From Synechococcus sp. (GTDB lineage Bacteria > Cyanobacteriota > Cyanobacteriia > PCC-6307 > Cyanobiaceae): a DNA stretch of 64,000 nucleotides. The translations under genes and the position numbers were made by a program. Below, in pieces: positions 30,573 through 40,456 of the stretch. Below the pieces are notes generated by a model. The model was given only the letters and a program-made list of their open reading frames with translations. It ran no database searches and was not told the DNA's origin. The first letter of the stretch is position 1, and every line of letters begins with the position of its first letter. The stretch is from contig JBJBEO010000001.1 in NCBI GenBank assembly GCA_047284725.1, positions 1,592,203-1,656,202 on the forward strand. Direction: 5' to 3'.

Positions 30573-31201
30573 TGGGCCGTCGCCCCGGGCGGCCGGTCCT
30601 GGTGGTGATGAGTCGCTGGCCTGCCTTCGGTCGGTGCAAACGACGGCTGGCAGCCAGCATCGGCAACAGCGCCGCCGCAAGGGTGCAGACCCGACTGCGC
30701 GCCCATGCCCTTGCGGTCTCGGAAGCCATGCAAAGGGAGGGCGTGCTCAACCTTCAACTGGCCATGGCCGGCGGAGGGGCGGAGCGTGAACAACGGCGGT
30801 TGCGACAGGCCGTTTCCCTCCAGGGAACAGGGTGTCTGGGCTTAACCATGCGACGGCAGCTGCTTCGTGCCTCGAGAACCGCGCCCGGTCAACCGCTGCT
30901 CATCATCGGCACAGATCTCCCAAGCCTCAGCCGACGCGATCTCTGGGCCGCACTGGAGGCTGTGCAGCAGCATCCACTCGTGATCGGGCCTGCAGAGGAT
31001 GGGGGCTACTGGTTGCTCGGCCTCAACGCTCGACTGGCAAGGCAGTGTCCGGCCTGGCTTTTCACCGGCATCGCGTGGGGGGGCGACCAGGTGCTGCACA
31101 CCACGCTCAAGCGGTCACGGGATCGGGGCTTCGCCCCCCACTTGCTGGAGACCCACAACGACATCGACCGACTGGAGGACCTGAGGCCTTGGCTGGTCTG
31201 A
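30569..31201 (+). CDS. DUF2064/TIGR04282-type glycosyltransferase-like protein
   Basis: P..GRCKRRLA, IIGTDLP, GPAEDGGYWLLG, DID..EDL. Confidence 0.85.
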   Translation: MMGRRPGRPVLVVMSRWPAFGRCKRRLAASIGNSAAARVQTRLRAHALAVSEAMQREGVLNLQLAMAGGGAEREQRRLRQAVSLQGTGCLGLTMRRQLLRASRTAPGQPLLIIGTDLPSLSRRDLWAALEAVQQHPLVIGPAEDGGYWLLGLNARLARQCPAWLFTGIAWGGDQVLHTTLKRSRDRGFAPHLLETHNDIDRLEDLRPWLV

Positions 31202-31884
31202 GCGTGGTGATTCCCTGCCTGAATGAAGCGACACGCCTGCCTCTGTTGCTGGCCGATCTGCAGCGCCGGTCAGAGCCCCTCGAAATCATCGTGGTGGATG
31301 GCGGCAGCACCGATGGCAGCGGCGACGTCGCTCAGCTCGCAGGGGGCCACTGGCTGCAGGCACCCCATCGCGGCCGAGGACACCAACTGGCCTTCGGAGC
31401 GGCCAAGGCCAAAGGCCCCTGGCTGCTCTGTCTTCATGCCGACAGCCGACTGCCAGCCCGCTGGCCTGAAGTCGTGGATGCGGCCATGGGAAGCGATGCG
31501 CCCGAGCAAGCGGCCTGGTATTTCGACCTCAACGTGAGGCCCAGTCGACTGGATCTGAAACTGATGGAAGCGGCTGTTGCAGCACGCAGCCGCTGGCAGC
31601 AGCGACCCTACGGCGACCAGGGTCTGCTCCTTCATCAATCGCTCTACCACTACAGCGGTGGATACGCCCCCTTGCCGCTGATGGAAGACCTTGATCTGGT
31701 GGAGCGGCTGGGACGCTTGGTCAGACTCAGGCCCCTCGGTCTGGCACTGATCAGTGATGGACGGCGTTGGGAAGAGACCAACGTGGTCCAGCAGGCCCTG
31801 CACAACGCCCGTCTACGCAGGGCCTGGAGGAACGGAACCTCTGCGACTGATCTTTGTGCTGCGTACTACGGCCGCAGCAGCTGA
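31189..31884 (+). CDS. GT2 glycosyltransferase (TIGR04283-type)
   Basis: SVVIPCLNE, VDGGSTD, LHADS, PYGDQG, LMED; TTG start 31189 overlaps the upstream gene. Confidence 0.85.
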   Translation: MAGLSVVIPCLNEATRLPLLLADLQRRSEPLEIIVVDGGSTDGSGDVAQLAGGHWLQAPHRGRGHQLAFGAAKAKGPWLLCLHADSRLPARWPEVVDAAMGSDAPEQAAWYFDLNVRPSRLDLKLMEAAVAARSRWQQRPYGDQGLLLHQSLYHYSGGYAPLPLMEDLDLVERLGRLVRLRPLGLALISDGRRWEETNVVQQALHNARLRRAWRNGTSATDLCAAYYGRSS

Positions 31885-31885
31885 C

Positions 31886-32389
31886 TCAGGAGGCATACCA
31901 GAACCCACAGCGATGGCCATAGGGCTCGAGCTCCCACCCCAGGCGTTGATAGAACGGCAACACACCTGGATCCGCAAACAGGGTGACTCGCTCCGTGCCC
32001 ATCTCTTTCAGAGCATCCATGACGTAATCCATCAGCTGCTTCCCCAGGCCGGATCCCTGATAAAGGGGATGAACGGCCACATCCCAGATCGTGGCGTCGA
32101 GCACTCCATCGCCGGTGCAGCGGGCGAACCCCACCAAACGTGGCAAGCGGGGATCGTGGCGCCAGAGCCCCACGCAGATCAGGCTGTGCTCCAAGGCACG
32201 ACGGACCCTGCGAACCGGGCGACGACTCCACCCCACCGACTCCAGAAGCCGCTCAAGCTCCACCAGATCCATCTCCCGCGTTTGGCTGAACACCAAACTC
32301 ACCTGGGCATTGGGGGTCTGACACAGACGGGCCTTCTCGCCATAGGCCTGCACCATGACGTTCTGGGGGAGTGCAGGCTTTCCGATCAC
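31886..32389 (-). CDS. GNAT acetyltransferase (Ycf52-like)
   Basis: VGWSRRP, GFARCTGDG, WDVAVHPLYQGSGLG; start uncertain. Confidence 0.85.
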   Translation of the reverse strand: MIGKPALPQNVMVQAYGEKARLCQTPNAQVSLVFSQTREMDLVELERLLESVGWSRRPVRRVRRALEHSLICVGLWRHDPRLPRLVGFARCTGDGVLDATIWDVAVHPLYQGSGLGKQLMDYVMDALKEMGTERVTLFADPGVLPFYQRLGWELEPYGHRCGFWYAS

Positions 32390-32465
32390 CCAGCCATTGC
32401 AATAAGACCTCGATCTTGGCGTATCAGGCCCAGGCGTCACGGCATCCTGGTGAACCAGACCCAGA

Positions 32466-33185
32466 ATGATGCCCCTTTCACCCCTTGTCGTTGGTGTCCA
32501 TGGCTGGCTGCTGAGCCACAAGGTCTGGGCTCCCCTCGAAGGGCTGTGGGACCCACCTGCCTCACCATGGCGTCTGTGGTGTCCCGACCTGCCAGGTTTT
32601 GGCAGGCAACCGCGTCCACCAGGACTGAGGACCACGCTGACGGCCTACGGGCGATGGCTGGCTGAACGCGCCCTTGCCCAGGCGAGTGGGGAACCCATGG
32701 TGCTGATGGGCCACTCCCTGGGCGCCAGCGTGGCGCTTCATGCGGCTCATCACCTGCAAGAACAAGCTACCGACAACCTCAAGGGCGTGATCTGCATCGC
32801 TGCGGGAGGAGGCATCTACCAACCGCGCCCCTTCAACCGGTTACGCCTGAGCGGCCGACTGGCCGTAAAACTGAGACCAGCACTCCCACTCCCACTGGGG
32901 CCATTCCAGGCGGAGGAGCGAGCGGCAGTGGGTCTGCTTGTCAACAGTACCTGCCGCGGAGCGATCAGGCAGATTCCCCAACTTGTCGCCGACCTTGATG
33001 TGGCCAATCTCTGGATCGGCGGCAGCAAGGATCAGGTGATGGAACAGGGCTATGTGCGACACCTGGCGGGCTACAGCCCCCAGCACAGGCTTTTGATGAT
33101 CGACAACTGCGGACACCTGCCCATGCAGACCCATGCCGCGGCCCTGAAGCAACACCTGAAAGCCTGGCTCGAGGAGCAACTCTGA
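32466..33185 (+). CDS. Alpha/beta hydrolase
   Basis: HGW oxyanion, DLPGFG, GHSLG nucleophile, GH. Confidence 0.88.
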   Translation: MMPLSPLVVGVHGWLLSHKVWAPLEGLWDPPASPWRLWCPDLPGFGRQPRPPGLRTTLTAYGRWLAERALAQASGEPMVLMGHSLGASVALHAAHHLQEQATDNLKGVICIAAGGGIYQPRPFNRLRLSGRLAVKLRPALPLPLGPFQAEERAAVGLLVNSTCRGAIRQIPQLVADLDVANLWIGGSKDQVMEQGYVRHLAGYSPQHRLLMIDNCGHLPMQTHAAALKQHLKAWLEEQL

Positions 33186-33187
33186 AG

Positions 33188-34990
33188 TCAGAGCTTGGCC
33201 AGACCACGCTCCTGCAGATCAGCAAGTTCGGCGTACAGGCCGCCGCGGGCACGCAATTCAAGGTGCGTCCCCTCCTCAATCAACTCACCGCGACGCAACA
33301 CAAAGATCCGATCCGCCGCTTCCACCGTGGCGAGGCGGTGGGCGATTACTACGGCGGTGCGCTTCTCAAGAAGTCGATCGAGATCCCGTTGAAGGGTCGC
33401 TTCCGTGGAGGGATCCATGAAAGCCGTGGCTTCATCCATCACCAATACGGTGGGATTTCGGATCGCCACCCGTGTCACCGCCAGCAGCTGACGCTCACCG
33501 GACGAGAGGTTCCCACCCCGCTCCCGCAGGGTCGTATTCAACCCGTCGGGCAAGCGATCGAGCAGCGGCGCTAACCCCAGGTCATTGCAGATTCCACGGA
33601 GCTCGGCATCCTTGATCGGCACATCAAGGCGGAGATTATCGGCCACCGTTCCACTGAAGAGAAAGGTGTCCTGCAGCACCACACCGAGTTGACGGCGTAA
33701 GTCTTGCGTGGGAAGACTGCGGATGTCTTGGCCATCGAGAAGAATCCTTCCCTGCTGCGGTTCGTAGAGCCGGCAGAGCAAACGGATCACCGTGGTCTTG
33801 CCTGAACCGGTGGGCCCCACCAGGGCGACATGCTCGCCAGCAGCGATGCGAAAGCTGAGATTGCGAAGGATGGGTTCATCAGGCCGGTAGGCAAAGCTGA
33901 CGTTGTCAAACACCACTTCCCCTGCTTTGGCCTTGGGGCTGGCCAACTGCTTCACGGCAGGGACCTGATCAACGATCTCCAGGGGCTCCTCCAGCAGTTC
34001 ACCGATTCGCTCCACAGCGGTGAGTCCACCCTGAATCTGGGTGAAACGCTCTGCCAGCTGGCGCAGAGGATCAAAAAGCTTCTGGGAATAGAGGATGAAG
34101 GTGATGAGGGTACCGATCCCCATGGCACCGGCCGTCACCATCCAGCCACCAAAGGCCAGCACCACCGCGACGGCTCCCAGAGCCACCCATTCGATGAACG
34201 CGGAGATACTGCTGTCAAAAAAAATCGTGCCATTCACCGCTCGGCGATAGGCCTGGCCTGTGGAACGGAAGCGGTCACCGTTGACCGCCTCCCGGCGGAA
34301 CATCTGCACCACCTCAAGCCCCTGAAGGTTCTCCTGAAAATCAGCATTGAGCTGGGAGAGCTCTTCGCGAACACGGTAGTTGGCTTTGCGATAACGACGC
34401 TGTAGCCAGAGGATCGCCAAGGTGATGGGAATCTGGGCCGCCAGCAGCAGCAGACCGAGCCTCCACTCCACCAGCACCATCGTGGCCGCAATCACCACCA
34501 GGCTCACAAGATCACCCAGCACACCGACAGCCCCACTTGCGAACACCTCGGACAAGGCATCCACGTCGCTGGTGAGCCGTGTCAGCAACTTGCCGACGGG
34601 CATGCGGTCATGGAAACGCACCGACAGGTTCATCGCATGGGCGAAGAGGTCTTGGCGGACGCGTTCTGTCAGTCGGTATCCAATCGTCTGATTATTGGAC
34701 AACTGCAACCGTTGCAGCGCAAAGCGAAGCAGCACTGACAGCATCAGCACCACAACAATCCAACGCAACGCCTCCGCCAGCTCCATTCCCTGGAGCAGAG
34801 GCAGGACCGACTCGTTTGTATTGCCTGCAAAGCGGCGCATCACCGCGATGGCCTGTCCCACCAGCAACGGTTGAATCGCACCGGCCAGGGCCAGGGGCAA
34901 CAACAGCACAACCGTGAGAGCGAGTCGGCGGCGATCACGCCCCAGATAACGGCCAATACGCTTGACCCGGTGCAGATCGGAGCCAGCCAT
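33188..34990 (-). CDS. ABC exporter, fused permease/ATPase (MdlB-like)
   Basis: TM domain plus GPTGSGKT, LSSGERQ, DEATA, AHRL. Confidence 0.93.
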   Translation of the reverse strand: MAGSDLHRVKRIGRYLGRDRRRLALTVVLLLPLALAGAIQPLLVGQAIAVMRRFAGNTNESVLPLLQGMELAEALRWIVVVLMLSVLLRFALQRLQLSNNQTIGYRLTERVRQDLFAHAMNLSVRFHDRMPVGKLLTRLTSDVDALSEVFASGAVGVLGDLVSLVVIAATMVLVEWRLGLLLLAAQIPITLAILWLQRRYRKANYRVREELSQLNADFQENLQGLEVVQMFRREAVNGDRFRSTGQAYRRAVNGTIFFDSSISAFIEWVALGAVAVVLAFGGWMVTAGAMGIGTLITFILYSQKLFDPLRQLAERFTQIQGGLTAVERIGELLEEPLEIVDQVPAVKQLASPKAKAGEVVFDNVSFAYRPDEPILRNLSFRIAAGEHVALVGPTGSGKTTVIRLLCRLYEPQQGRILLDGQDIRSLPTQDLRRQLGVVLQDTFLFSGTVADNLRLDVPIKDAELRGICNDLGLAPLLDRLPDGLNTTLRERGGNLSSGERQLLAVTRVAIRNPTVLVMDEATAFMDPSTEATLQRDLDRLLEKRTAVVIAHRLATVEAADRIFVLRRGELIEEGTHLELRARGGLYAELADLQERGLAKL

Positions 34991-35643
34991 CAGGACGAAA
35001 CCGAAGCGTGGCCGGTCGCCACGCGCATGGCATCGACAATGTCCTGCAATTCACCTCGGTCAAGGCGCATCGACAGGGGGTGCCCCACCAGTCGAGCGGT
35101 GGTCTCAAACAAATCCTCAATGGCCACAAGGCCGTTGTCACGCAGAGTGCGACCTGTCGCGACAAGATCCACAATCGCCTCTGCAATGCCCGTGATCGGG
35201 CCCAGTTCCACTGAACCCGTGAGATGAACAAGCTCCACAGGAAGCTCCAAGGCATCGAAGTAATCGCGAGCACAACGGGTGAATTTGCTGGCCACGCGGC
35301 AATGGGGCGGCAGATCCGCGGCTCGCCGGTAGCCGCTGCTGTCTTTCACGGCAACCGCCATCCGACACCCACCGAAGTTGAGATCAACCAACTGGGCCAC
35401 CGGCATCTGGTGTTCGCGCAGAACGTCGTAACCGACCACGCCGAGTTGGGCCTGTCCATAGGCCACATACACGGGCACGTCGCCGTTGCGCACCAGCAGA
35501 GCCCGGGCTCGTCCGCAGCGGGACGGCACCATCAATTGCCGGTTATCGGGGTCGAGCACGGCAGAGAAATCGAGGCCGGCTGCAGCAAATCGGGCCACCG
35601 AATCCTTCAGCAGCGCCCCCTTGGCCAGAGCGACGGTGATCAT
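34990..35643 (-). CDS. hisG: ATP phosphoribosyltransferase, short form
   Basis: [35 protein letters not shown]; 217 aa. Confidence 0.95.
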   Translation of the reverse strand: MITVALAKGALLKDSVARFAAAGLDFSAVLDPDNRQLMVPSRCGRARALLVRNGDVPVYVAYGQAQLGVVGYDVLREHQMPVAQLVDLNFGGCRMAVAVKDSSGYRRAADLPPHCRVASKFTRCARDYFDALELPVELVHLTGSVELGPITGIAEAIVDLVATGRTLRDNGLVAIEDLFETTARLVGHPLSMRLDRGELQDIVDAMRVATGHASVSS

Positions 35644-35672
35644 GGACTGATGCGTCGACCTGGACTTTAACG

Positions 35673-36458
35673 ATGCCCCCTTCCCCAGCGGTGCAGACGC
35701 CGTCACTCTCCGCGACTGACGGCATTAATCAACTGCCTGTGCTCAGCGACAACATCGTGTGGATCTGGGTGCGGATGCACCAGGCCGTGGTGGTGGACCC
35801 CGCCGTGGCCGAGCCCGTGATCCAGTGGCTGCAGCAGCGCAGGCTCAGCCTTCGTGCGGTGCTTCAGACCCATCACCATGCAGATCACATCGGCGGGACC
35901 CTGGAGCTTCTGACTCAGTGGCCCCAGGCGGATGTGATCGCGGCAGGGGCCGATCTGCAGCGGATTCCTTTCCAAACCGTGGCCGTGGCCGAAGGCGACC
36001 ACCTCACGTTGCTGGATCAGCCGGTGGAGGTGATCGAAGTCCCTGCGCACACCCGGCATCACATCGCCTTCTACCTACCTGCGGGAGCCCAGGAGGGCGA
36101 CAGTCCCGCTCTGTTTTGCGGCGACACCCTGTTCGGCGCTGGCTGTGGCCGCTTGTTTGAGGGGAGCGCCGCCGACATGCATCGGGCCTTGCAGAAACTG
36201 GGACGCCTGCCGGACAGCACCTCCGTGCACTGCGCGCACGAATACACGGAGGCCAACCTGAACTGGGCAGCCCAGCAGCGTCCTGAGGATCCCAACATCG
36301 GCACCCGTCTCCAACAGGTGCGTGCCTTACGCCTTCGAGGGGAAAGCAGCATGCCCAGCTCGATCGGCATCGAGCACCGCACCAACCTTTTTCTTCAGGC
36401 CCAGACTCCACAGGCCTTGGCCAATCTGCGTCAGCACAAGGATCACTGGAAGGGCTGA
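35673..36458 (+). CDS. gloB: Hydroxyacylglutathione hydrolase (glyoxalase II)
   Basis: [30 protein letters not shown]. Confidence 0.92.
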   Translation: MPPSPAVQTPSLSATDGINQLPVLSDNIVWIWVRMHQAVVVDPAVAEPVIQWLQQRRLSLRAVLQTHHHADHIGGTLELLTQWPQADVIAAGADLQRIPFQTVAVAEGDHLTLLDQPVEVIEVPAHTRHHIAFYLPAGAQEGDSPALFCGDTLFGAGCGRLFEGSAADMHRALQKLGRLPDSTSVHCAHEYTEANLNWAAQQRPEDPNIGTRLQQVRALRLRGESSMPSSIGIEHRTNLFLQAQTPQALANLRQHKDHWKG

Positions 36459-37615
36459 ACCTCCACCGCCAAGGGAATGCGGTCTGGGAACAGCAGAACG
36501 ACTTCCCCAGACCTCAAGGCCAGGCGACAGCGGGTGCCGCGGCGATGATCGTGGTGCAAGGGCAGGCACAGACGCAGTTGCTGCCCGCCTGCCTCAACCC
36601 GATAGAGCCATTCGCGACCAAGAAACTCCCGACCCATGACACAGGCCTCGCCATCAGGATCAAGGCGAAGCTCGATCGCGGCCGGGTCGACCAGCAGCAC
36701 AGGGGCATCGCTGGGCACTGAGGCGAGCGCTTCGGCGTCGCGATCACCGGAAGCCTCTGGCGTCGCGGAGTCAGGAAGTCTGTGCAAAGCGCCCAGCAGA
36801 CAACTCCAGCGATCCCTGCCATGACGCTGCACTGGAAGCAAATTGGCCTGAAGAACGAACCGTCCCACAAAGGGCGAGGCCGGTGACTCCACCAGGGTGC
36901 GCGGCGAGGCGCATTGATGCAGCACACCGTCCTGCATCACCGCAACCCTGTCACAAATGGCCAGAGCCTCTCCTGGGTCGTGGGTCACGAGCACCCCAGA
37001 GGTGCCGCATCGATTCAGCACTGCTGGCAACTCACTGCGAAGCCGCAGGCGCACTTCCACATCCAGATTGGAGAAGGGTTCATCGAGCAGCACCACTGCC
37101 GGCGCCGGCGCCAAGGCCCGGGCCAGAGCCAGACGTTGACGCTGCCCGCCTGAGAGCTGATGGGGATAGCGCTTGGTCAGCCGCTCCAGTCCGAGTAACT
37201 CAAGCAACCAAGCCGCCCGGCTGGTGTCCTGGCCAGGACGCAGACCGAAACAGGTGTTGTCCCAGGCGGTGAGATGGGGGAAGAGGGCATAGTCCTGAAA
37301 CACCATGCCCACGCCCCGGCGTTCAGGCGGTAACCAGCGCTGGGGCGTGGCCACCGACTGACCATGCATGCGCACCTCACCGAGAGACGGCACTTCAAAC
37401 CCGGCAATCAGCCGCAAAAGCGTGGTTTTGCCGCAGCCCGAAGGCCCCAGCAAACCGACCAACTCCCCAGGCTGCAGACACAGATCAATCCCTTGCAGCG
37501 TCCAATCCGCATTGGCGGAGCGGTAGCGGTGCCAGAGCCCCTTCACCTCGACCGGGGCAGCTGCCGTCTCGGCCTCACCCGAGGATCGTTGTGTCACAGA
37601 CAGATCTCCGGTCAC
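36443..37615 (-). CDS. futC: Fe3+-type ABC transporter ATPase (FutC/SfuC-like)
   Basis: [45 protein letters not shown]-like tail; start approximate. Confidence 0.75.
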   Translation of the reverse strand: MTGDLSVTQRSSGEAETAAAPVEVKGLWHRYRSANADWTLQGIDLCLQPGELVGLLGPSGCGKTTLLRLIAGFEVPSLGEVRMHGQSVATPQRWLPPERRGVGMVFQDYALFPHLTAWDNTCFGLRPGQDTSRAAWLLELLGLERLTKRYPHQLSGGQRQRLALARALAPAPAVVLLDEPFSNLDVEVRLRLRSELPAVLNRCGTSGVLVTHDPGEALAICDRVAVMQDGVLHQCASPRTLVESPASPFVGRFVLQANLLPVQRHGRDRWSCLLGALHRLPDSATPEASGDRDAEALASVPSDAPVLLVDPAAIELRLDPDGEACVMGREFLGREWLYRVEAGGQQLRLCLPLHHDHRRGTRCRLALRSGEVVLLFPDRIPLAVEVQPFQ

Positions 37616-37684
37616 CGTCAAAACGAAGGGCTCCCCGCCGTGAACACCGAGGGCGATGATGCAGGTCCATTGTGCGTCTCCACC

Positions 37685-38083
37685 ATGTCGACATCCCCGA
37701 CTCAGGCGGTCACCACCACAGCCGCCCCAGCGCCGGTCGGCCCTTACAACCAAGCCATCAAGGCTGGTGACTGGCTTTACTGCTCAGGGCAGATTCCTCT
37801 CGACCCCGTCACCGGAGCCATGGTGGGCAATGGTGATGTGGAAGCCGAAACCCGTCAGGTGCTCAAGAATCTTTATGCAGTGCTGAAGGAAGCCGGCACC
37901 GATCCATCACGTGTCGTTCGCACCACGGTGTTCCTGGCCGATCTGAACGACTTCCAAAGGGTGAATGCCTTGTATGCGGAGATGTTCGGCACGGGCGTGA
38001 GCCCTGCAAGGGCCTGCGTTCAAGTGGCGGCACTCCCCAAAGGCGCAAGGGTGGAAATCGACTGTGTCGCTTATCTGGGCTAA
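37685..38083 (+). CDS. RidA/YjgF family imine deaminase
   Basis: APVGPYNQA, SGQIPLDP, PARACV...LPKGARVEID. Confidence 0.92.
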   Translation: MSTSPTQAVTTTAAPAPVGPYNQAIKAGDWLYCSGQIPLDPVTGAMVGNGDVEAETRQVLKNLYAVLKEAGTDPSRVVRTTVFLADLNDFQRVNALYAEMFGTGVSPARACVQVAALPKGARVEIDCVAYLG

Positions 38084-38145
38084 GGGGCAGAATCCACTGA
38101 AGCGTCAGACGGTTTCATAGGTTAAGTGTTAAGCCGCGAAATCCC

Positions 38146-38370
38146 ATGGCCCAGGCCAAGCACACCATCGGTGAACTCGAAGCGGGATATCCCCTCTACT
38201 GCAAAGCGCTGCGTCGCCTGCTCAAGGAGGGGAGAAGCATTGAAGACATCAAGAAAACGGTGTGCTGGGGGCACCTCGAGAACCTCAACCGCTGTCTTCC
38301 TGGCCGCTACAAAGACCCCTCTTACCTGTTGGCCCTGATCCGCCGCGATCTTGAAGCCCCCAAGGATTGA
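38146..38370 (+). CDS. DUF3136-type small protein
   Basis: TIGELEAGYPLYCKALR...TVCW..LE.L..CLP.RY.P..L pattern. Confidence 0.75.
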   Translation: MAQAKHTIGELEAGYPLYCKALRRLLKEGRSIEDIKKTVCWGHLENLNRCLPGRYKDPSYLLALIRRDLEAPKD

Positions 38371-38389
38371 GCTGCGTTAGGGCATCGCC

Positions 38390-39038
38390 TCAAGGGGCTG
38401 CGTAAGAGACCCTGCTTCTGAGGATGTTCTCGGCATCGATCGTGATCAGTTCATCGCGGCGCATCGGTTCTCCCATTCGGGACAACAAACGGTTGGCCTG
38501 GAGCCGTCGCATGCGATCAATGCCATGACGAATCGAGCGAGCATTGGCGAACAACAGGAGCATCCTGCGACGACGGATTGAATCAGCGAACACCGCAAAT
38601 GCACCATCATTATTCGACAGCACTGCTGCCGCAACAACAATCGAGCAATCGCCATCGATTCATCATCGCTGTAATCAGGACAATCATCGAAGGCCTCCAT
38701 TTCTGCTTCTAACCTGCAAAGATCACCCAAAAATCGCCACGGAGCCTCTCCATATCGCTGAGAAGCGACTACAAGACCTTTACGGACATAACCGAGACGT
38801 TAAAGATCTGAGGCATTTTCTCCGCCACCGTGGTCTTTCCCGTGCCAGGACGACCCGTCAACGACCTCTGCAGACCGGGCACGTCACTGGTGAGACTGAG
38901 ACGGCGGCGTGCCTTCTCCACCAACAACAGAGCAGCGATCTCGCGAATTCAGGTTTTCACGGGACGCAAGCCGATCAGATCCTGATTCAACTGATCCAGC
39001 ACACAGCGACACCAAAATCGGCGTAACAGGTCGCTCAA
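38390..39038 (-). pseudogene. cbbX: Degraded cbbX (AAA+ Rubisco activase family)
   Basis: Hand-translated fragments [95 protein letters not shown]; two in-frame stops, several frameshifts, two internal deletions. Confidence 0.92.
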
Positions 39039-39293
39039 TCAATCGAGCAATCGATCCACTCCAGCCGCAAAGGCATGGTCTTCATCGTCAAGAAGAGCAC
39101 CCTCACTTTCATCAAGGGGTCGCAGAGTGATATTCACATACGTGCGACCGAAACTGATATCAGGGAAACGCTGGGTTTCTTCGCTGAATGAGCCCAAACG
39201 ATCAAGGAAATCGCGTGTAGCGCTGTAAGTCTCGAACTCGAAGCGACGCTCAAGTCTTATTGGACGTTTGCGCTCTTCCCACCCGTGCTTCAC
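39039..39293 (-). CDS. Pterin-4a-carbinolamine dehydratase-like Rubisco assembly factor (acRAF)
   Basis: W..RKRP.RLERRFEF..Y..TRDFLD...FPDISFG.TYVN; position in the cso locus. Confidence 0.88.
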   Translation of the reverse strand: MKHGWEERKRPIRLERRFEFETYSATRDFLDRLGSFSEETQRFPDISFGRTYVNITLRPLDESEGALLDDEDHAFAAGVDRLLD

Positions 39294-39319
39294 AGAACCA
39301 GATGCAGTCTGTGCTGAAC

Positions 39320-40456
39320 CTAGATCAACGCATCTCGACGGCAGCCCATCAAGCGCTCGGACCAGGCCTTGGCGTGAGCACGATTGGCCTCGATGGCTGC
39401 AGGGTCTGAGCTGTCGAGGGGATGGGGCATGGTGCCGGCAATGGCTCCGTTGGTGACGCAGAACATGGATTTCTGGAAACTGATGCAGATCTGGACATGG
39501 GCATCAACCTGACCACGACCATGGCTGTCGTACCAAGAGCTCAGCTCCTCAGGAAGATTGCGGAACATATCCGACATGCAGAGGCTGGGGGGAATGCCAG
39601 CACCCATGCTGGGAATCGGATCGGCATACAGAGCCCCGTATTGAAAGCTGCTGATATCGGGGGCAATTTGCTGGGCTTGGGCGTTGTAGGAAACAGTTCC
39701 AAGGAAGGGCATGCCCCTGAAAAACACTGCCTCCACGTAAGGAACAGCCACATCCATCAGAAAGGTCAGACCCGCTTCGGGGGGAAGAATCCAGATCTCC
39801 TCGTCTCCCTCCTTCACTTGGTACGTGATCGGATGGGCTGCAGCGGTCACCAGGCCATCACGGATGTGATGCACCACATCATTGACGCAAGCGACTTCGC
39901 CGATTCTGTAGCGACGTGCGAGATCGATGAAGATGTCGCTCATCACACGCCAGAACAAGCCCAAGGCGTAGATGGTGGTGAGAGATCGAATCGACTCCGG
40001 GGCAAACGCAGGGAACAAACGATTGATCGTCGCCATCAGTGGATCGCGGCGACAACGGAGGCGAATGATCCGATCACAAGCCTCGAGGAAAGGCTCAGTG
40101 TCGAAATAAGCATCCATGCCACCGGTGGCATGCCAGAACATCGCCTTCTGGCAATACTCCGCATACTCAAAATTGATGCGATCACCCATCAGGTGTTTCC
40201 AGAGGCGATCGAAGGAAAAGCCCTCATGGAAAAAGCGCATCACAGGGAAGGGCTTCAGAAGCTGTGTTTCCCCCTGAAACACCAAATTCCGGCTGTAGGC
40301 ATCGAGAACGATGCCGTAGCTCTCGAGCACATTGACCACCTGAAGAAGATGGTCAGGGGTATCAGCCAGTAAGGGACGATCCGACAGCAGTCGAGCCATC
40401 AGCTCATCGAGCTCAGGGATGGCCTGGGTGGCGTGGGGAGTCTGGGTCACAGTCAT
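39320..40456 (-). CDS. cupB: CO2 hydration protein ChpX/CupB
   Basis: LESYGIVLDAYS, DRINFEYAEYC..AMFWH, FFRG.PF.GT.SYNAQA, FQKSMFCVT. Confidence 0.92.
   Translation of the reverse strand: MTVTQTPHATQAIPELDELMARLLSDRPLLADTPDHLLQVVNVLESYGIVLDAYSRNLVFQGETQLLKPFPVMRFFHEGFSFDRLWKHLMGDRINFEYAEYCQKAMFWHATGGMDAYFDTEPFLEACDRIIRLRCRRDPLMATINRLFPAFAPESIRSLTTIYALGLFWRVMSDIFIDLARRYRIGEVACVNDVVHHIRDGLVTAAAHPITYQVKEGDEEIWILPPEAGLTFLMDVAVPYVEAVFFRGMPFLGTVSYNAQAQQIAPDISSFQYGALYADPIPSMGAGIPPSLCMSDMFRNLPEELSSWYDSHGRGQVDAHVQICISFQKSMFCVTNGAIAGTMPHPLDSSDPAAIEANRAHAKAWSERLMGCRRDALI

Noticed and set aside
38112..38134. GTTAAG direct repeat upstream of the DUF3136 gene as a Pho or HLR1 box
   Set aside because: The 7-bp spacing does not fit the 10-11-bp periodicity of those operators.
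38446..39026. ORF-track proteins 38544-39026(+) and 38446-38730(-) as novel genes
   Set aside because: Explained as antisense or partial-frame products of the cbbX pseudogene.
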